Below are positions 63,395-64,000 of a stretch of DNA of 64,000 bases, one piece after another. The notes under the pieces were generated by a model. That model saw nothing but the letters and a program-made list of their open reading frames with translations. It was not told the DNA's origin and did no database searches. Position 1 is the first letter of the stretch, and each line of letters begins with the position of its first letter. The position numbers and the translations under genes were made by a program. This DNA comes from Podarcis gaigeae (Eukaryota), in NCBI GenBank assembly GCA_964106915.2, contig OZ066928.1. The stretch is one strand, 5' to 3'.

Positions 63395-64000
63395 TGCAGA
63401 TGGACCCAATGCTACTATATTGCATATGTTGTCTGATCAGATATGATTCCATTTCATTCCATTTCACCTTTAGTTTGTGAGCCACCTTCCTGGATTGCTA
63501 TACACAAGGAAGCATACAAGCCAAAGAAGCATCAAAATATACTGCAAAGATCACACATCTAGTAACAAAACAATCCAATACAAATAAGCCATAATAAAAA
63601 AATGACTGAAATGACTGTAAAAAAATGATGCATAAAATAAAGTAATATTCAATAATCCATTTAAAATATAATAGTACACAGTAAAATTAACTCTCAGGAT
63701 ATCAGCAAATTGCAATTCCATCTTTATGATTCTATGAATTGTGCAAATCACCTTTGGGTGATAGATTTATTTATATTTATTTGTTTCTTGAAATGTATAT
63801 ACACTCTACTCCTCAGAGTAGTTGACAAAAAGAATTTTTAAAATGAAATTATCAGTTAAAAAAAATCAGAAAATCCACGCTAAGCTAAAAATCAGTTTAA
63901 AATACATGCTAACATGCCGGGACAGGCTTGTCTAGCCCATAAGGTTTTAAGCAGCACCATATAGGGTGAGGGTGCCTGCCTGATGTGTGGCTGCTAACAC

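Overview
Vertebrate genomic DNA from a squamate reptile, probably a lacertid lizard judging from the repeat families (Sauria SINEs, squamate-type CR1/L2 LINEs, tRNA-headed SINEs). The + strand carries the complete coding region of plastin-3 (PLS3): 15 coding exons from 30348 to 51164, all with GT-AG introns, splicing to 1893 nt (630 aa + stop). There is also a 27-nt in-frame alternative microexon (43886-43912, LTDFSNSVK) with a long AG-exclusion zone. The first ~30 kb has no recognisable coding exon and is most likely PLS3 intron 1; the non-coding first exon was not identified. On the - strand, convergent with PLS3, is a leucine-rich-repeat gene with at least two coding exons (59945-59099 joined to 57788-57322, ~437 aa). 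It aligns repeat-for-repeat with nyctalopin but is divergent and lies in a different neighbourhood, so it looks like a nyctalopin paralog. The rest is transposon-rich: L2 and CR1 fragments, young Sauria SINEs with TSDs, SINEs joining three different tRNA heads (Lys, Ile, Asn) to one CR1 3' tail, many hAT and Tc1/mariner MITEs, and a decayed long-TIR Tc1 element with two nested SINEs. An inverted L2 pair (11124-17781) also shares a 42-nt identical flank. All calls are by eye; no searches were run.
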